Shown here piece by piece: positions 51,165-60,073 of a stretch of 64,000 nt of DNA. Position numbers and translations under genes: made by a program. Under the pieces are notes generated by a model that saw nothing but the letters and a program-made list of their open reading frames with translations, did not search any database and was not told the origin of the DNA. The stretch's first letter is position 1, and each line of letters opens with the position of its first letter. Origin of the DNA: Sedimentisphaerales bacterium (GTDB taxonomy: Bacteria > Planctomycetota > Phycisphaerae > Sedimentisphaerales > Anaerobacaceae). The DNA is taken from the NCBI GenBank assembly GCA_040772485.1, contig JAXGYC010000009.1, positions 448,001 to 512,000 of the forward strand, given 5' to 3'.

Positions 51165-51482
51165 ATGGCTGAACCGACCCGAACCAGCAAGGACCGCGAA
51201 GATGCGGAGGTGGAAAAGGCCGTTCATGACCCTCAGGGCGGTCTGGCCGACTACGTCAGCCATCTCAGTGCCGAGCACAGAATGCTGGTGGCGCTGAAGA
51301 GCCAGTTGTATGGCGGTTCCTGGGAGCCCATGCTGGACGATCTGCGGAATCGTCTCGCGGGCAAACCGTACATCTTCAAGTTGGTCAACCGAATCCAGGA
51401 GGACATTGAGCGCATCGAGGAGATGAAACGCTTCGAGGCCGAGTACGGCATCGACCTGGCGGACTGCGTCGAGATGCCGTGA
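51165..51482 (+). CDS. Hypothetical protein
   Basis: GAGG RBS, helical acidic protein; candidate promoter TTGAAT-17-TACGAT upstream. Confidence 0.7.
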   Translation: MAEPTRTSKDREDAEVEKAVHDPQGGLADYVSHLSAEHRMLVALKSQLYGGSWEPMLDDLRNRLAGKPYIFKLVNRIQEDIERIEEMKRFEAEYGIDLADCVEMP

Positions 51483-51560
51483 GCGCCGGGCAGGCGGTGC
51501 CGTGCACGCCGCTTGCCTGGGGTGAGTGTGAGGGTGGCCCTTCTTGCGAGGACGTGGAAT

Positions 51561-52667
51561 ATGCGAAGAACGGTGATGCAAAAGACGTGGCTCTTCCTGG
51601 CGATGGGTGCGCTGCTGAGTGTTCCTGCGACCGGGGACGGCGCTCATGGTTTAGAGTGGCTCGTATCCAAAGACCTGCTGGATCCGTTGAGACTGACTTC
51701 CGTTTGGCAGACGACGGTCCCGATACGCCAGGGCGAGCGCCTGGAGATGCTGATGGTCCTGGGCGACCGGCTGTACGTGCGGTCGGCGGAGAACCACGTG
51801 TGGTCGCTGGACCGTCACAGCGGCAACGTTCTCTTCAGCAGCTCGATCGCGCCGGCGGGTTTTCCCGTCTTCGGATGGAACGCCTACGGCGACCGACTGA
51901 TCACGGTGATCGACAACCAGCTCGTTGAGTTGGATGCGAACGCCGGGACTCGCCGGCGAGTTGCCGACCTGGGAGTGAGTGTCATTGCCCCCGTCGTTCG
52001 GAACAGCGAGTTCTTCTATGTCAGCGCCGCCGACCGCCGTCTCCATGCCTTCCGGGCCCGCAACCTGATCGAGATATTCAAGGCCTCCGCCGACAACGAT
52101 TCGCTGATTACCTCGGTCATTGCCGACGAGGACATGGTCGTGTTCGCCACGGACGCGGGCAATCTGGTCGCGATGGCGCCGGATGGGCCGAGGAAGCTCT
52201 GGCAGTTCGATGCTGTCGGAGCGATGGCCGGGCCGGTTATTCGCGACGGCCGTTCGTTCTTCTTCGCCAATAAGGACACCTGTGTCTATCGCGTCGATGC
52301 GACCGGGACCAACAGCGTCTCGTTCGCCTGGAAGTATCAGACCGAAGCGATTCTGGATCGCGCACCGCGCGTCACGGCCGCCGCGGTCTATCAATATGCC
52401 CCCGGTCGCGGCGTCACCGCGATCGGCCGGAACTCGGGCAAGGCCTTGTGGTCCCTTCCCGAAGGGGTCGATCTGCTCGCCGAGGCCGGCAACAAGGCCT
52501 ATGTGTTTACCAAGGACCGGACGCTGGTGGTCATGGACAACGCGTCGGGCCGCAGGCTGCTCTGGGTGAACTTCGCGGAGGTGTCCGACTATGCGACCAA
52601 CGTGGCCGATGCGAAGATCTATGTCGCCGGCCAGCGCGGACGTATCCTGTGTGTCCAGCCGATGTAG
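51561..52667 (+). CDS. PQQ-like beta-propeller (BamB-like) secreted protein
   Basis: Signal-like N-terminus; blade motifs LDRHSG, KLWQF, SGKALW, ASGRRL; start uncertain. Confidence 0.75.
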   Translation: MRRTVMQKTWLFLAMGALLSVPATGDGAHGLEWLVSKDLLDPLRLTSVWQTTVPIRQGERLEMLMVLGDRLYVRSAENHVWSLDRHSGNVLFSSSIAPAGFPVFGWNAYGDRLITVIDNQLVELDANAGTRRRVADLGVSVIAPVVRNSEFFYVSAADRRLHAFRARNLIEIFKASADNDSLITSVIADEDMVVFATDAGNLVAMAPDGPRKLWQFDAVGAMAGPVIRDGRSFFFANKDTCVYRVDATGTNSVSFAWKYQTEAILDRAPRVTAAAVYQYAPGRGVTAIGRNSGKALWSLPEGVDLLAEAGNKAYVFTKDRTLVVMDNASGRRLLWVNFAEVSDYATNVADAKIYVAGQRGRILCVQPM

Positions 52668-52742
52668 GATGGGCTTTCGGCCGAGTGGTGCGAACCGGAA
52701 TCCTTGTACGACAACGAAACGAACCAAGGAGAAGGAGTTGAA

Positions 52743-54353
52743 ATGGACGTCACTATCAAGACCGCTCTGATCAGCGTCTCCGACAAGACCGGGGTCGTCG
52801 ATTTTGCCAAGGCCCTGGCCCAGATGGGTGTCAAGATCATCAGCACCGGCGGCACCGCCGCCAAGCTGGCCCAAGCCGGCGTGCAGGTGGTCAGCATCGA
52901 CTCGGTGACAGGTTTCCCCGAGATGATGGACGGCCGGGTCAAGACCCTTCATCCCAAGATTCATGGCGCGTTGCTCGGCCTGCGGGACAAGAAGGAGCAT
53001 GTCGAGGCCATGACCGAACACGGGATCGAGCCGATCGATCTGGTCTGCGTCAACCTTTATCCGTTCGAAGCGACCGTGGCAAAGGCGGATTGCCCGTTCG
53101 AGGAGGCGATCGAGAACATCGACATCGGGGGACCGAGCATGATTCGCTCGGCGGCCAAGAACCACAAGTTCGTCGCGGTCGTCACCGATCCCGGCCAGTA
53201 TGCCCAGGTCATCGAGCAGATGCGCAACAACAATGGCGCCGTCAGCGGCGTGCTGCGCAGCGACCTGGCGCGCGCGGCCTTCAGCCTGACGGCGGCGTAC
53301 GACGCCGCGATCTCGCGGTACCTCCATGCCAAGGCGGGCGTCGAGTTCCCGAACCGGATCTCCATCGCCCTGACGCGCGAGACGACCCTGCGCTACGGCG
53401 AGAATCCGCACCAGACCGCGGCGCTGTACAAGCTCCCGGCTGGCGCAGAGCCTTCGGTCTGCAGCGGCAGACTCCTGGAATGCGGCACGGAAATCAGCTT
53501 CAATAACCTGCTCGACGCCAACGCCGCCTTCGAGCTGGTCAAGGAATTCGACGAGCCGGCCGCGGTCGTGGTCAAGCATCTGAATCCATGCGGGTGCGCC
53601 GTTGATGAGGACATCACCGTCGCGTATCGCAAGGCCTACGAGGGCGACGTGGTCAGCGCGTTCGGCGGGATCATCGCGGTCAACCGGCCCGTCAACATCG
53701 AGCTGGCCCAGACGATCATGGAGTCCTACGGCCGATTCGGCAAGGCGCTCGGCGCCAGCGGCTTCTTCGCCGAGGTGGTTATCTCGCCGCGATTTGAGGA
53801 AGACGCCATCGAGATCATCCGGACGTTGAAGACCTGGGGCAGCCGGGTCCGCCTGATCGAAACCGGGCCGATCGACCGCACGAGGATCGATACCTCCGAG
53901 TTCGACGTGCGCTGCATCATCGGCGGTCTGCTGCTCCAGAAGCGCGACTTGGCGGGCTGGGAACCCGAGGTTGTAACGTGCCCGACGCAGACCAAGCCCA
54001 CGGCCGAGCAGCTTGAAGATCTGCGCGTGGCCTGGCTGGTGGCCAAACACACCAAGAGCAACACGATCATCCTCGCCAAGAACCGGCGCATCCTCGGCGT
54101 CGGCGCCGGCCAGATGAACCGCGTCGAGTCCGGACTGTTGGCCATGAAACAGGCAGGCGAGGAGGCTCGCGGCGCCGTGATGGCGTCCGATGCATTCTTC
54201 CCGTTCCCTGACAACGTGGACAACGCCGCCAAGGCGGGTATCGCCGCGATCGTACAGCCCGGCGGATCGAAGAAGGACCCCGAGGTCATTGCGGCCGCCG
54301 ATGCCCACGGCATCGCCATGGTCTTCACGGGAAAACGCCACTTCAAGCACTGA
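52743..54353 (+). CDS. purH: Bifunctional AICAR transformylase/IMP cyclohydrolase
   Basis: ALISVSDK, GRVKTLHP, IDIGGP, LRYGENPHQ, ASDAFFPF, TGKRHFKH. Confidence 0.97.
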   Translation: MDVTIKTALISVSDKTGVVDFAKALAQMGVKIISTGGTAAKLAQAGVQVVSIDSVTGFPEMMDGRVKTLHPKIHGALLGLRDKKEHVEAMTEHGIEPIDLVCVNLYPFEATVAKADCPFEEAIENIDIGGPSMIRSAAKNHKFVAVVTDPGQYAQVIEQMRNNNGAVSGVLRSDLARAAFSLTAAYDAAISRYLHAKAGVEFPNRISIALTRETTLRYGENPHQTAALYKLPAGAEPSVCSGRLLECGTEISFNNLLDANAAFELVKEFDEPAAVVVKHLNPCGCAVDEDITVAYRKAYEGDVVSAFGGIIAVNRPVNIELAQTIMESYGRFGKALGASGFFAEVVISPRFEEDAIEIIRTLKTWGSRVRLIETGPIDRTRIDTSEFDVRCIIGGLLLQKRDLAGWEPEVVTCPTQTKPTAEQLEDLRVAWLVAKHTKSNTIILAKNRRILGVGAGQMNRVESGLLAMKQAGEEARGAVMASDAFFPFPDNVDNAAKAGIAAIVQPGGSKKDPEVIAAADAHGIAMVFTGKRHFKH

Positions 54354-54545
54354 TCCTGCACCTGGGCGCCCGATCTGTGGTGGCAAACAGCCATTCCCTG
54401 CGACAAGCTGCCAGATGTCGGCGTCCGCGCAAAGCCTATCATGCCCACAGGAATAATATAAGTTTATCGAAACCCGCCCCGGCGCCGCTCGTATCTTTTC
54501 CATCGGGAGTGACGACAGCGAGGCATGGCAAGTGAACAGGCGACA

Positions 54546-54627
54546 GGTGGCAGACTCAAGCCCTCAAGATTTGGGTATGGCTTGCCCTTGGGAGTCATGA
54601 CCAAGCTGCGCTTGAGGCGGCCATCCT
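54546..54627 (+). repeat. 82-bp palindromic element, intergenic copy
   Basis: ggtggcagactcaag...cttgaggcggccatcct; homologous to the insert at 11393-11474. Confidence 0.8.
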
Positions 54628-54658
54628 CCGAGGTGAGTTCTTGGGAGGTAACCACAAG

Positions 54659-55219
54659 ATGGCGACGCAGCAGACAATCAGTACAGTCAATGGAATCGAC
54701 CTGGACGTTCTCCACGAGACGGTCAGCGCGATCGAGAACGACCCCGCTCTGGCCAAGTGCAAGTTCCGAGCGAGCAACAAGTGGATCAACGGCAACCACA
54801 ATCGCACACGAATCACCGGTTTCTACGGCGCCAAACAGGAGATGACGCACCAGCAGTCTTTCGAGTTGCACGCCGATGAGCCGCCGGTGTTGGCGGGCGA
54901 CGACCAGGCGCCGAACCCGGTCGAGCACTTGCTCAACGCCCTGGCCGGCTGCATGACGACGGGGATGGTGGCCCATGCCGCGGTGCGCGGCATCCACATC
55001 GAGGAGCTGGAATCCGAACTGGAAGGCGACCTCGATTTGCGCGGTTTCCTCGGTTTGTCGGACGACGTTCCGAGGGGCTATACGAACATCCGCGTCAAGT
55101 TCAAAGTCAAGGCCGACACCGACAACATGGAACGCCTCAGAAGGCTGACGGAGTACTCTCCTGTGTTCAACACCATCACGCAGGGAGCCCGGGTCGATGT
55201 CACCGTCGAGCCCAGGTAG
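54659..55219 (+). CDS. OsmC-like protein (single Cys)
   Basis: ADEPPVLAG..APNPVEHLLNALAGC; EGDLDLRGFLG; YSPV in place of second Cys. Confidence 0.88.
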   Translation: MATQQTISTVNGIDLDVLHETVSAIENDPALAKCKFRASNKWINGNHNRTRITGFYGAKQEMTHQQSFELHADEPPVLAGDDQAPNPVEHLLNALAGCMTTGMVAHAAVRGIHIEELESELEGDLDLRGFLGLSDDVPRGYTNIRVKFKVKADTDNMERLRRLTEYSPVFNTITQGARVDVTVEPR

Positions 55220-55243
55220 GGGCAAATGACCGTTTGCCCTGTG
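55216..55243 (+). repeat. Degenerate 28-bp GTAG REP supplying the TAG stop of the OsmC-like gene
   Basis: gtaggggcaaatgaccgtttgccctgtg followed by gggcacac. Confidence 0.7.
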
Positions 55244-55291
55244 GGCACACGGCGGAGAGTCGGCTCACGCAGAAGTCGTCTTTATGACGCA

Positions 55292-55334
55292 CCGGAAAGG
55301 GGGGCTCCGGCGGAGTACGGCCCCCCTTTTCCGG
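55292..55334. other. GC-rich hairpin (possible terminator/attenuator)
   Basis: ccggaaagggggg...ccccccttttccgg. Confidence 0.45.
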
Positions 55335-55426
55335 GAACTGCGCGCCGATAGTCGCACGATTCGCACCTTCCGGCGTGACAACATCCGGGAGGGGCACGTC
55401 CCAGCTTCATAGAAAGGAGACCGATT

Positions 55427-56845
55427 ATGGCTGCTTCGGCTGTCAAGACAATCTCCAACGGCACGGTAATCTTGGAGGAAAGCACCGTAGCCGACTTCGA
55501 CGCCTCTCTTCGCGGCGAACTGATCGAGCCCTGGCATCCGGCGTACGACGAAGCGAGGACCATTTACAATGCGATGATCGACAAACACCCGGCCCTGATT
55601 GCGCGATGCCGGGACGTCGCCGACGTGATGGCGGCCGTGAACTTCGCCCGGACGAACGATCTTCTGCTGGCGGTTCGTGGTGGCGGCCACAACGGGCCGG
55701 GTCTGGCCCTCTGCGACGATGGGTTGGTGATCGACCTGAGCCTCATGAAGGGGATTCGCGTGGATCCGGCACATCGCACCGTTCGCGTCGAGCCGGGCTG
55801 CCGTTGGGGTGACGTGGACCACGCCGCACATGCATTCGGTCTGGCGGTGCCGAGTGGAGCCATATCCACCACCGGTGTCCCCGGACTGACACTGGGCGGT
55901 GGGCACGGCTACCTCACCCGAAAGTACGGCCTGACCATCGACAACCTGCTCGAGGCCGACCTCGTTCTGGCCGATGGGCGGTTCGTCACGGCCGGGCCGC
56001 AGGAGAACGAGGATCTGTTCTGGGCCATCCGGGGCGGCGGCGGCAACTTCGGTGTCGTGACCTCGTTTCTGTTCCGGGCGCATCCCGTCGATACGGTCCA
56101 TGCCGGCGTGACGCTATGGTCCTTCGACAGGGCGCGTGACGTCCTGAGGTGGTACCGGGATTTCAGCCGGCAGGCGCCGATCGATCTCTATGGGTTCTTC
56201 ACTTTTCTGATGGTGCCTCCGGGGCCGCCATTCCCCAGGGAACTGCATCACAAGAAGATGTGCGGCGTGGTCTGGTGCTACACCGGCCCTATGGACCAGG
56301 TGGATCGGGTGTTCGATCCGGTCCGCCGGCGCGCGCCGGTGTTCGACGTGCTCGGAGCCATGCCCTTTCCGCACATCCAGTCGCAGTTCGATGCGCTGTA
56401 TCCGCCGGGCCACCAGTGGTACTGGAAGGGCGACTTCGTGAACGAACTCAGCGACGAAGCGATCGAACTGCATCTGCAGTACGGCTCGGCGCTCCCCACG
56501 CCGCAATCGACCATGCATCTCTATCCGATCGACGGCGCGGTGCACGAGGTGGCTCCCGACGCGACCGCATGGAGCTACCGCGACGCGGCGTGGTCGATGG
56601 TGATCGTCGGCGTCGATCCAGACCCGGCGAACCGCGAGAAGATCACGACCTGGGCGAGGGACTATTGGGAGGCCCTTCACCCGTATTCCGCCGGCGGTGC
56701 GTACGCGAACTTCATGATGGAAGAAGGGGCCGAGCGGGTCAAGGCCACCTATCGTGAGAACTACGAGCGGCTGGTAGACGTCAAGACGAAGTACGATCCC
56801 ACGAACCTGTTCCGCGTGAACCAGAACATCCGACCGCGAGCGTGA
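55427..56845 (+). CDS. FAD-binding oxidoreductase (VAO/BBE-like)
   Basis: VRGGGHN, GLTLGGGHG, DLFWAIRGGGGNFGVVT, KTKYDPTNLF. Confidence 0.93.
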   Translation: MAASAVKTISNGTVILEESTVADFDASLRGELIEPWHPAYDEARTIYNAMIDKHPALIARCRDVADVMAAVNFARTNDLLLAVRGGGHNGPGLALCDDGLVIDLSLMKGIRVDPAHRTVRVEPGCRWGDVDHAAHAFGLAVPSGAISTTGVPGLTLGGGHGYLTRKYGLTIDNLLEADLVLADGRFVTAGPQENEDLFWAIRGGGGNFGVVTSFLFRAHPVDTVHAGVTLWSFDRARDVLRWYRDFSRQAPIDLYGFFTFLMVPPGPPFPRELHHKKMCGVVWCYTGPMDQVDRVFDPVRRRAPVFDVLGAMPFPHIQSQFDALYPPGHQWYWKGDFVNELSDEAIELHLQYGSALPTPQSTMHLYPIDGAVHEVAPDATAWSYRDAAWSMVIVGVDPDPANREKITTWARDYWEALHPYSAGGAYANFMMEEGAERVKATYRENYERLVDVKTKYDPTNLFRVNQNIRPRA

Positions 56846-56869
56846 AAGAGAGCGGTCGGATGTGTAGGA

Positions 56870-58309
56870 ATGGAGGACGCAGCTATGAGGACGCAGCGTG
56901 TCGAAACGCGCGCAGGATCGACGACATTGTCCGATGAAGCGATCCAGGAACTGTGTGCCGCCCTGCGTGGCGACGTCATTGCGGTCGGGGATGAGACATT
57001 CGACGAGGCTCGCAGGGTCTGGAACGGTCTGATCGACAAGCGCCCCGCGCTGATCGCCCGGTGCGCGGAAACGGCCGATGTGATCGCCGCCGTGAACTTC
57101 GCACGTGAGCACGCCGTGCCCCTGTCGGTTCGCGGCGGCGGTCACAACGTCGCGGGCAAGGCGCTGTGCGACGAGGGTCTGGTCATCGACCTCTCGGGCA
57201 TGCGGGCCGTTCACGTCGATCCGGGAACGCGAGTGGTGCGCGCCGAAGGCGGCGCGCTGCTGGGCGACATCGACCGTCGGACGCAGGCGTTCGGCCTGGC
57301 GGTTCCGCTGGGCGTGGTCTCGCAGACGGGGGTGGCCGGACTGTGTCTCCACGGGGGCATGGGCTGGCTGACTCGCAAGCACGGCTTGACCTTGGACAAT
57401 CTGATCGACGTGGACATCGTCACGGCCGACGGGCGGTTGCGCCGGGCCGGCGAGGCCGAGAACCCCGATTTGTTCTGGGCGGTTCGAGGCGGCGGCGGCA
57501 ACTTCGGCGTCGTGACATCGTTCGAGTTTCGTGCCCATCCCGTTGGACCCAGGGTGTGGTTCCTGGCTGCCATGTACCCGATGTCAGAGGCGAAACGCAT
57601 CCTGAGATTCCTCGATGGGTTTATGCGGGAGGCTCCAGAGGAGCTGGCGGTCCTCGGGTCGCTGTGGACCACGCCGAACGACGAGCCGATTCCGCCGGCG
57701 CATCGCCAAGAGCCTGTGATCGTGCTGCTTGGCTGCTACAGCGGGCCGTTCGAGGAAGGCGAAGAGGCTATCAGGCCGCTGCGCGAGTTGGGCGAGCCCG
57801 TCGCCGACCTCAGCGGTCCGATGCCGTTTGCAGACGTCCAGACGGCCCTCGACGCCGACTATCCCGACGGCAGGTTGTACTACTGGAAGTCCGTCTATCT
57901 GCCACAACTGCGTGAAGAGGTCTTCGATGTCCTCGTCGAACACGCGCAGAGGCGACCTTCGCCATTGACGTCGATTGACATATGGTTTCTGGCGGGTGCG
58001 GCGATGCGCATTCGGCCGGATCAGACTGCCTACGCACGGCGGGATGTCCCTTACGCGATCGGAATCGAATCGAACTGGACCGACCCGGCGAAGTCGGACG
58101 TGAACGTGGCGTGGGCCAGGGGACTCTTCGACGCTCTTCAGCCGTTCTCGCGGGGGACGTACCTGAATTTCCCCGGTTTCATGGAGGACAGCGACAAGCT
58201 CCTTCAAGGCGCCTATGGGGCTAACTACAAGCGGCTCCAGGCCATCAAGGCGAAGTACGATCCGGACAACCTCTTCCAAGGGGCTCTGAACATTCCGCCG
58301 AAGGCCTGA
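56870..58309 (+). CDS. FAD-binding oxidoreductase (VAO/BBE-like), tandem paralog
   Basis: VRGGGHN, DLFWAVRGGGGNFGVVT, KAKYDPDNLF. Confidence 0.93.
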   Translation: MEDAAMRTQRVETRAGSTTLSDEAIQELCAALRGDVIAVGDETFDEARRVWNGLIDKRPALIARCAETADVIAAVNFAREHAVPLSVRGGGHNVAGKALCDEGLVIDLSGMRAVHVDPGTRVVRAEGGALLGDIDRRTQAFGLAVPLGVVSQTGVAGLCLHGGMGWLTRKHGLTLDNLIDVDIVTADGRLRRAGEAENPDLFWAVRGGGGNFGVVTSFEFRAHPVGPRVWFLAAMYPMSEAKRILRFLDGFMREAPEELAVLGSLWTTPNDEPIPPAHRQEPVIVLLGCYSGPFEEGEEAIRPLRELGEPVADLSGPMPFADVQTALDADYPDGRLYYWKSVYLPQLREEVFDVLVEHAQRRPSPLTSIDIWFLAGAAMRIRPDQTAYARRDVPYAIGIESNWTDPAKSDVNVAWARGLFDALQPFSRGTYLNFPGFMEDSDKLLQGAYGANYKRLQAIKAKYDPDNLFQGALNIPPKA

Positions 58310-58386
58310 CGCGACCGACTTGGCAGACGTCGATACAGGCGGTATAAGGGTGGCACCGATGTACGGCGTTTGCGAAGGAGGAATCG

Positions 58387-59142
58387 ATGTCGCGAAGGAC
58401 AGCCCAGGAAGTTGTCGCGACGCTGCGATCGCTGGGTGACCCGAAAGCGGTCGAAGGCGCAGCACGATTTGGGATCAATGTCCCTGACATCCTGGGCGTA
58501 TCGGCGCCCGCATTGCGAAAGCTGGCGAAGGAGATCGGCACCGACCACCGGCTCGCGGGCCAGTTGTGGCGGACGGGCATTCATGACGCCCGCGGCCTGG
58601 CGGCGCTGATCGACGACCCGGCGATGGTCACGGAAAGCCAGATGGAACGCTGGGCCAAAGACTTCAATTCGTGGGCGGTCTGCGACGCCGCGTGCGGCTG
58701 CCTGTTCGACAAGACTCCGTATGCCTGGGACAAAGCAATCGAGTGGAGCCGGCGTGAAAAGGAGTACGTCAAGCGAGCCGGTTTCGTCCTGATGGCATGC
58801 CTGGCCGTTCATGACAAGAAGGTGCCGGATGAGCGGTTCGAGGCATTTCTGCCCTTGATCGTCGAACAAGCCGGCGACGAACGCAACTTCGTCAGAAAGG
58901 CGGTCAACTGGGCCCTCCGCCAGATCGGCAAACGCAACCGTCGATTGAACAAGCTGGCGATTCAGACGGCGGAAGAAGCCCGCTCGCTCGGTACCAAGAG
59001 CGCCCGATGGATCGCCTCCGATGCGCTCCGCGAGCTGACCGGCGACAAGGTTCAGGCCCGCCTTGAAGAGCAAAGATCAAAGAACCATATCAAAGCGCAA
59101 GGAGCAAAAATCAAAATAGTGGAATCCGCCTTCGGCGGATGA
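58387..59142 (+). CDS. DNA alkylation repair protein (AlkD-like HEAT-repeat family) with repeat-derived C-terminal tail
   Basis: LGVSAPALRKLAK, FNSWAVCD, DERNFVRKAVNWALRQIGKRN. Confidence 0.88.
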   Translation: MSRRTAQEVVATLRSLGDPKAVEGAARFGINVPDILGVSAPALRKLAKEIGTDHRLAGQLWRTGIHDARGLAALIDDPAMVTESQMERWAKDFNSWAVCDAACGCLFDKTPYAWDKAIEWSRREKEYVKRAGFVLMACLAVHDKKVPDERFEAFLPLIVEQAGDERNFVRKAVNWALRQIGKRNRRLNKLAIQTAEEARSLGTKSARWIASDALRELTGDKVQARLEEQRSKNHIKAQGAKIKIVESAFGG

Positions 59143-59181
59143 CTCCCACATTTCTGCATTTTGCTCTTTGATCTTTGCTCT
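59067..59181. repeat. Heptamer-periodic inverted repeat with 17-bp perfect terminal IR
   Basis: agagcaaagatcaaaga ... tctttgatctttgctct; central hairpin atccgccttcggcggat; lies between convergent genes. Confidence 0.85.
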
Positions 59182-59200
59182 GATCCCGGCGCCGCTGGGG

Positions 59201-59953
59201 TTATGCCTTCGCCACGGCCTTGCGGGCTGCTTCCAGACGCTGGGCGGCAAAGGGCCAGTTCGCCATCTTCATGAAGTTGTCCACCCACGCGCCGCGGTCG
59301 TTGGCGTATTTCAGGTAGTAGGCGTGCTCCCAAACGTCACAGACCAGCAGGGCGACCGTGTCCGTGAAGGCGAGGTTCTGATGCTTCTCCGCCTGAAGGA
59401 TCAGAAGCTTGTCGGCGATGGGCTCGTAGGCGAGCACGCCCCAGCCGCTGGCCTCGGCGGCCTTCGTCGCGGCGGCAAACTGCTTCTGCGCCGCCTCCAC
59501 CGAGCCGAAGCTCCGGGTCATGGCCTGGCGGAGGCTCTCGGGCATGTCGGGCTTTTCGGGGCTCATCGAGTTCCAGAACAGGGTGTGCAGGACGTGGCCG
59601 CTGCCGTTGAAGGCCAGGTCGCGGCTCAGCGCCTTGATCGCGCCGTAGTCGCCCGAGGCGCGGGCCGCCTCGAGCTTGGCCAGCGTGGCGTTGAGCCCGT
59701 TGACGTAGCCGGCGTGGTGCTTGGTGTGGTGGATTGTCACCGTCCGCTCGTCGTACAGCGGCTCCAGCGCATTGTACCCATAGGGCAGCGGCGGCAGCGT
59801 GTAGGCATTGTTCTGGTACGCGCCGCTGACGGCCGCAACGGATCGCGACGGGGCCCCCAGGCCCAGAATGCCGCTGCCGACGGCGCCGGCGCCCAGCAGG
59901 CCGAGCGATCCGGCCTTCACCACGTCTCTTCGCGAGGGTTCCGATTTCATCAT
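59201..59953 (-). CDS. Fe/Mn superoxide dismutase with twin-arginine signal peptide
   Basis: SRRDVVK; LPPLPY, HHTKHH, FNGSGHVLH, SGW, DVWEHAYY. Confidence 0.93.
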   Translation of the reverse strand: MMKSEPSRRDVVKAGSLGLLGAGAVGSGILGLGAPSRSVAAVSGAYQNNAYTLPPLPYGYNALEPLYDERTVTIHHTKHHAGYVNGLNATLAKLEAARASGDYGAIKALSRDLAFNGSGHVLHTLFWNSMSPEKPDMPESLRQAMTRSFGSVEAAQKQFAAATKAAEASGWGVLAYEPIADKLLILQAEKHQNLAFTDTVALLVCDVWEHAYYLKYANDRGAWVDNFMKMANWPFAAQRLEAARKAVAKA

Positions 59954-60073
59954 CGAGTCCTTTCCGTTTTGTGCTCACAGAGGTTGTGCATGTCGCGACG
60001 AACGGTAACACGGAGGACTCGAACCATCAAGTGATACAATCCCTGATAATCGTACAGGGAATTCCTGATGGCG

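Noticed and set aside
52664..52710. ggccgagtggt resembling a tRNA D-arm, or a ZTP riboswitch before purH
   Set aside because: No cloverleaf, T-arm or riboswitch consensus visible; may be a degenerate GTAG repeat
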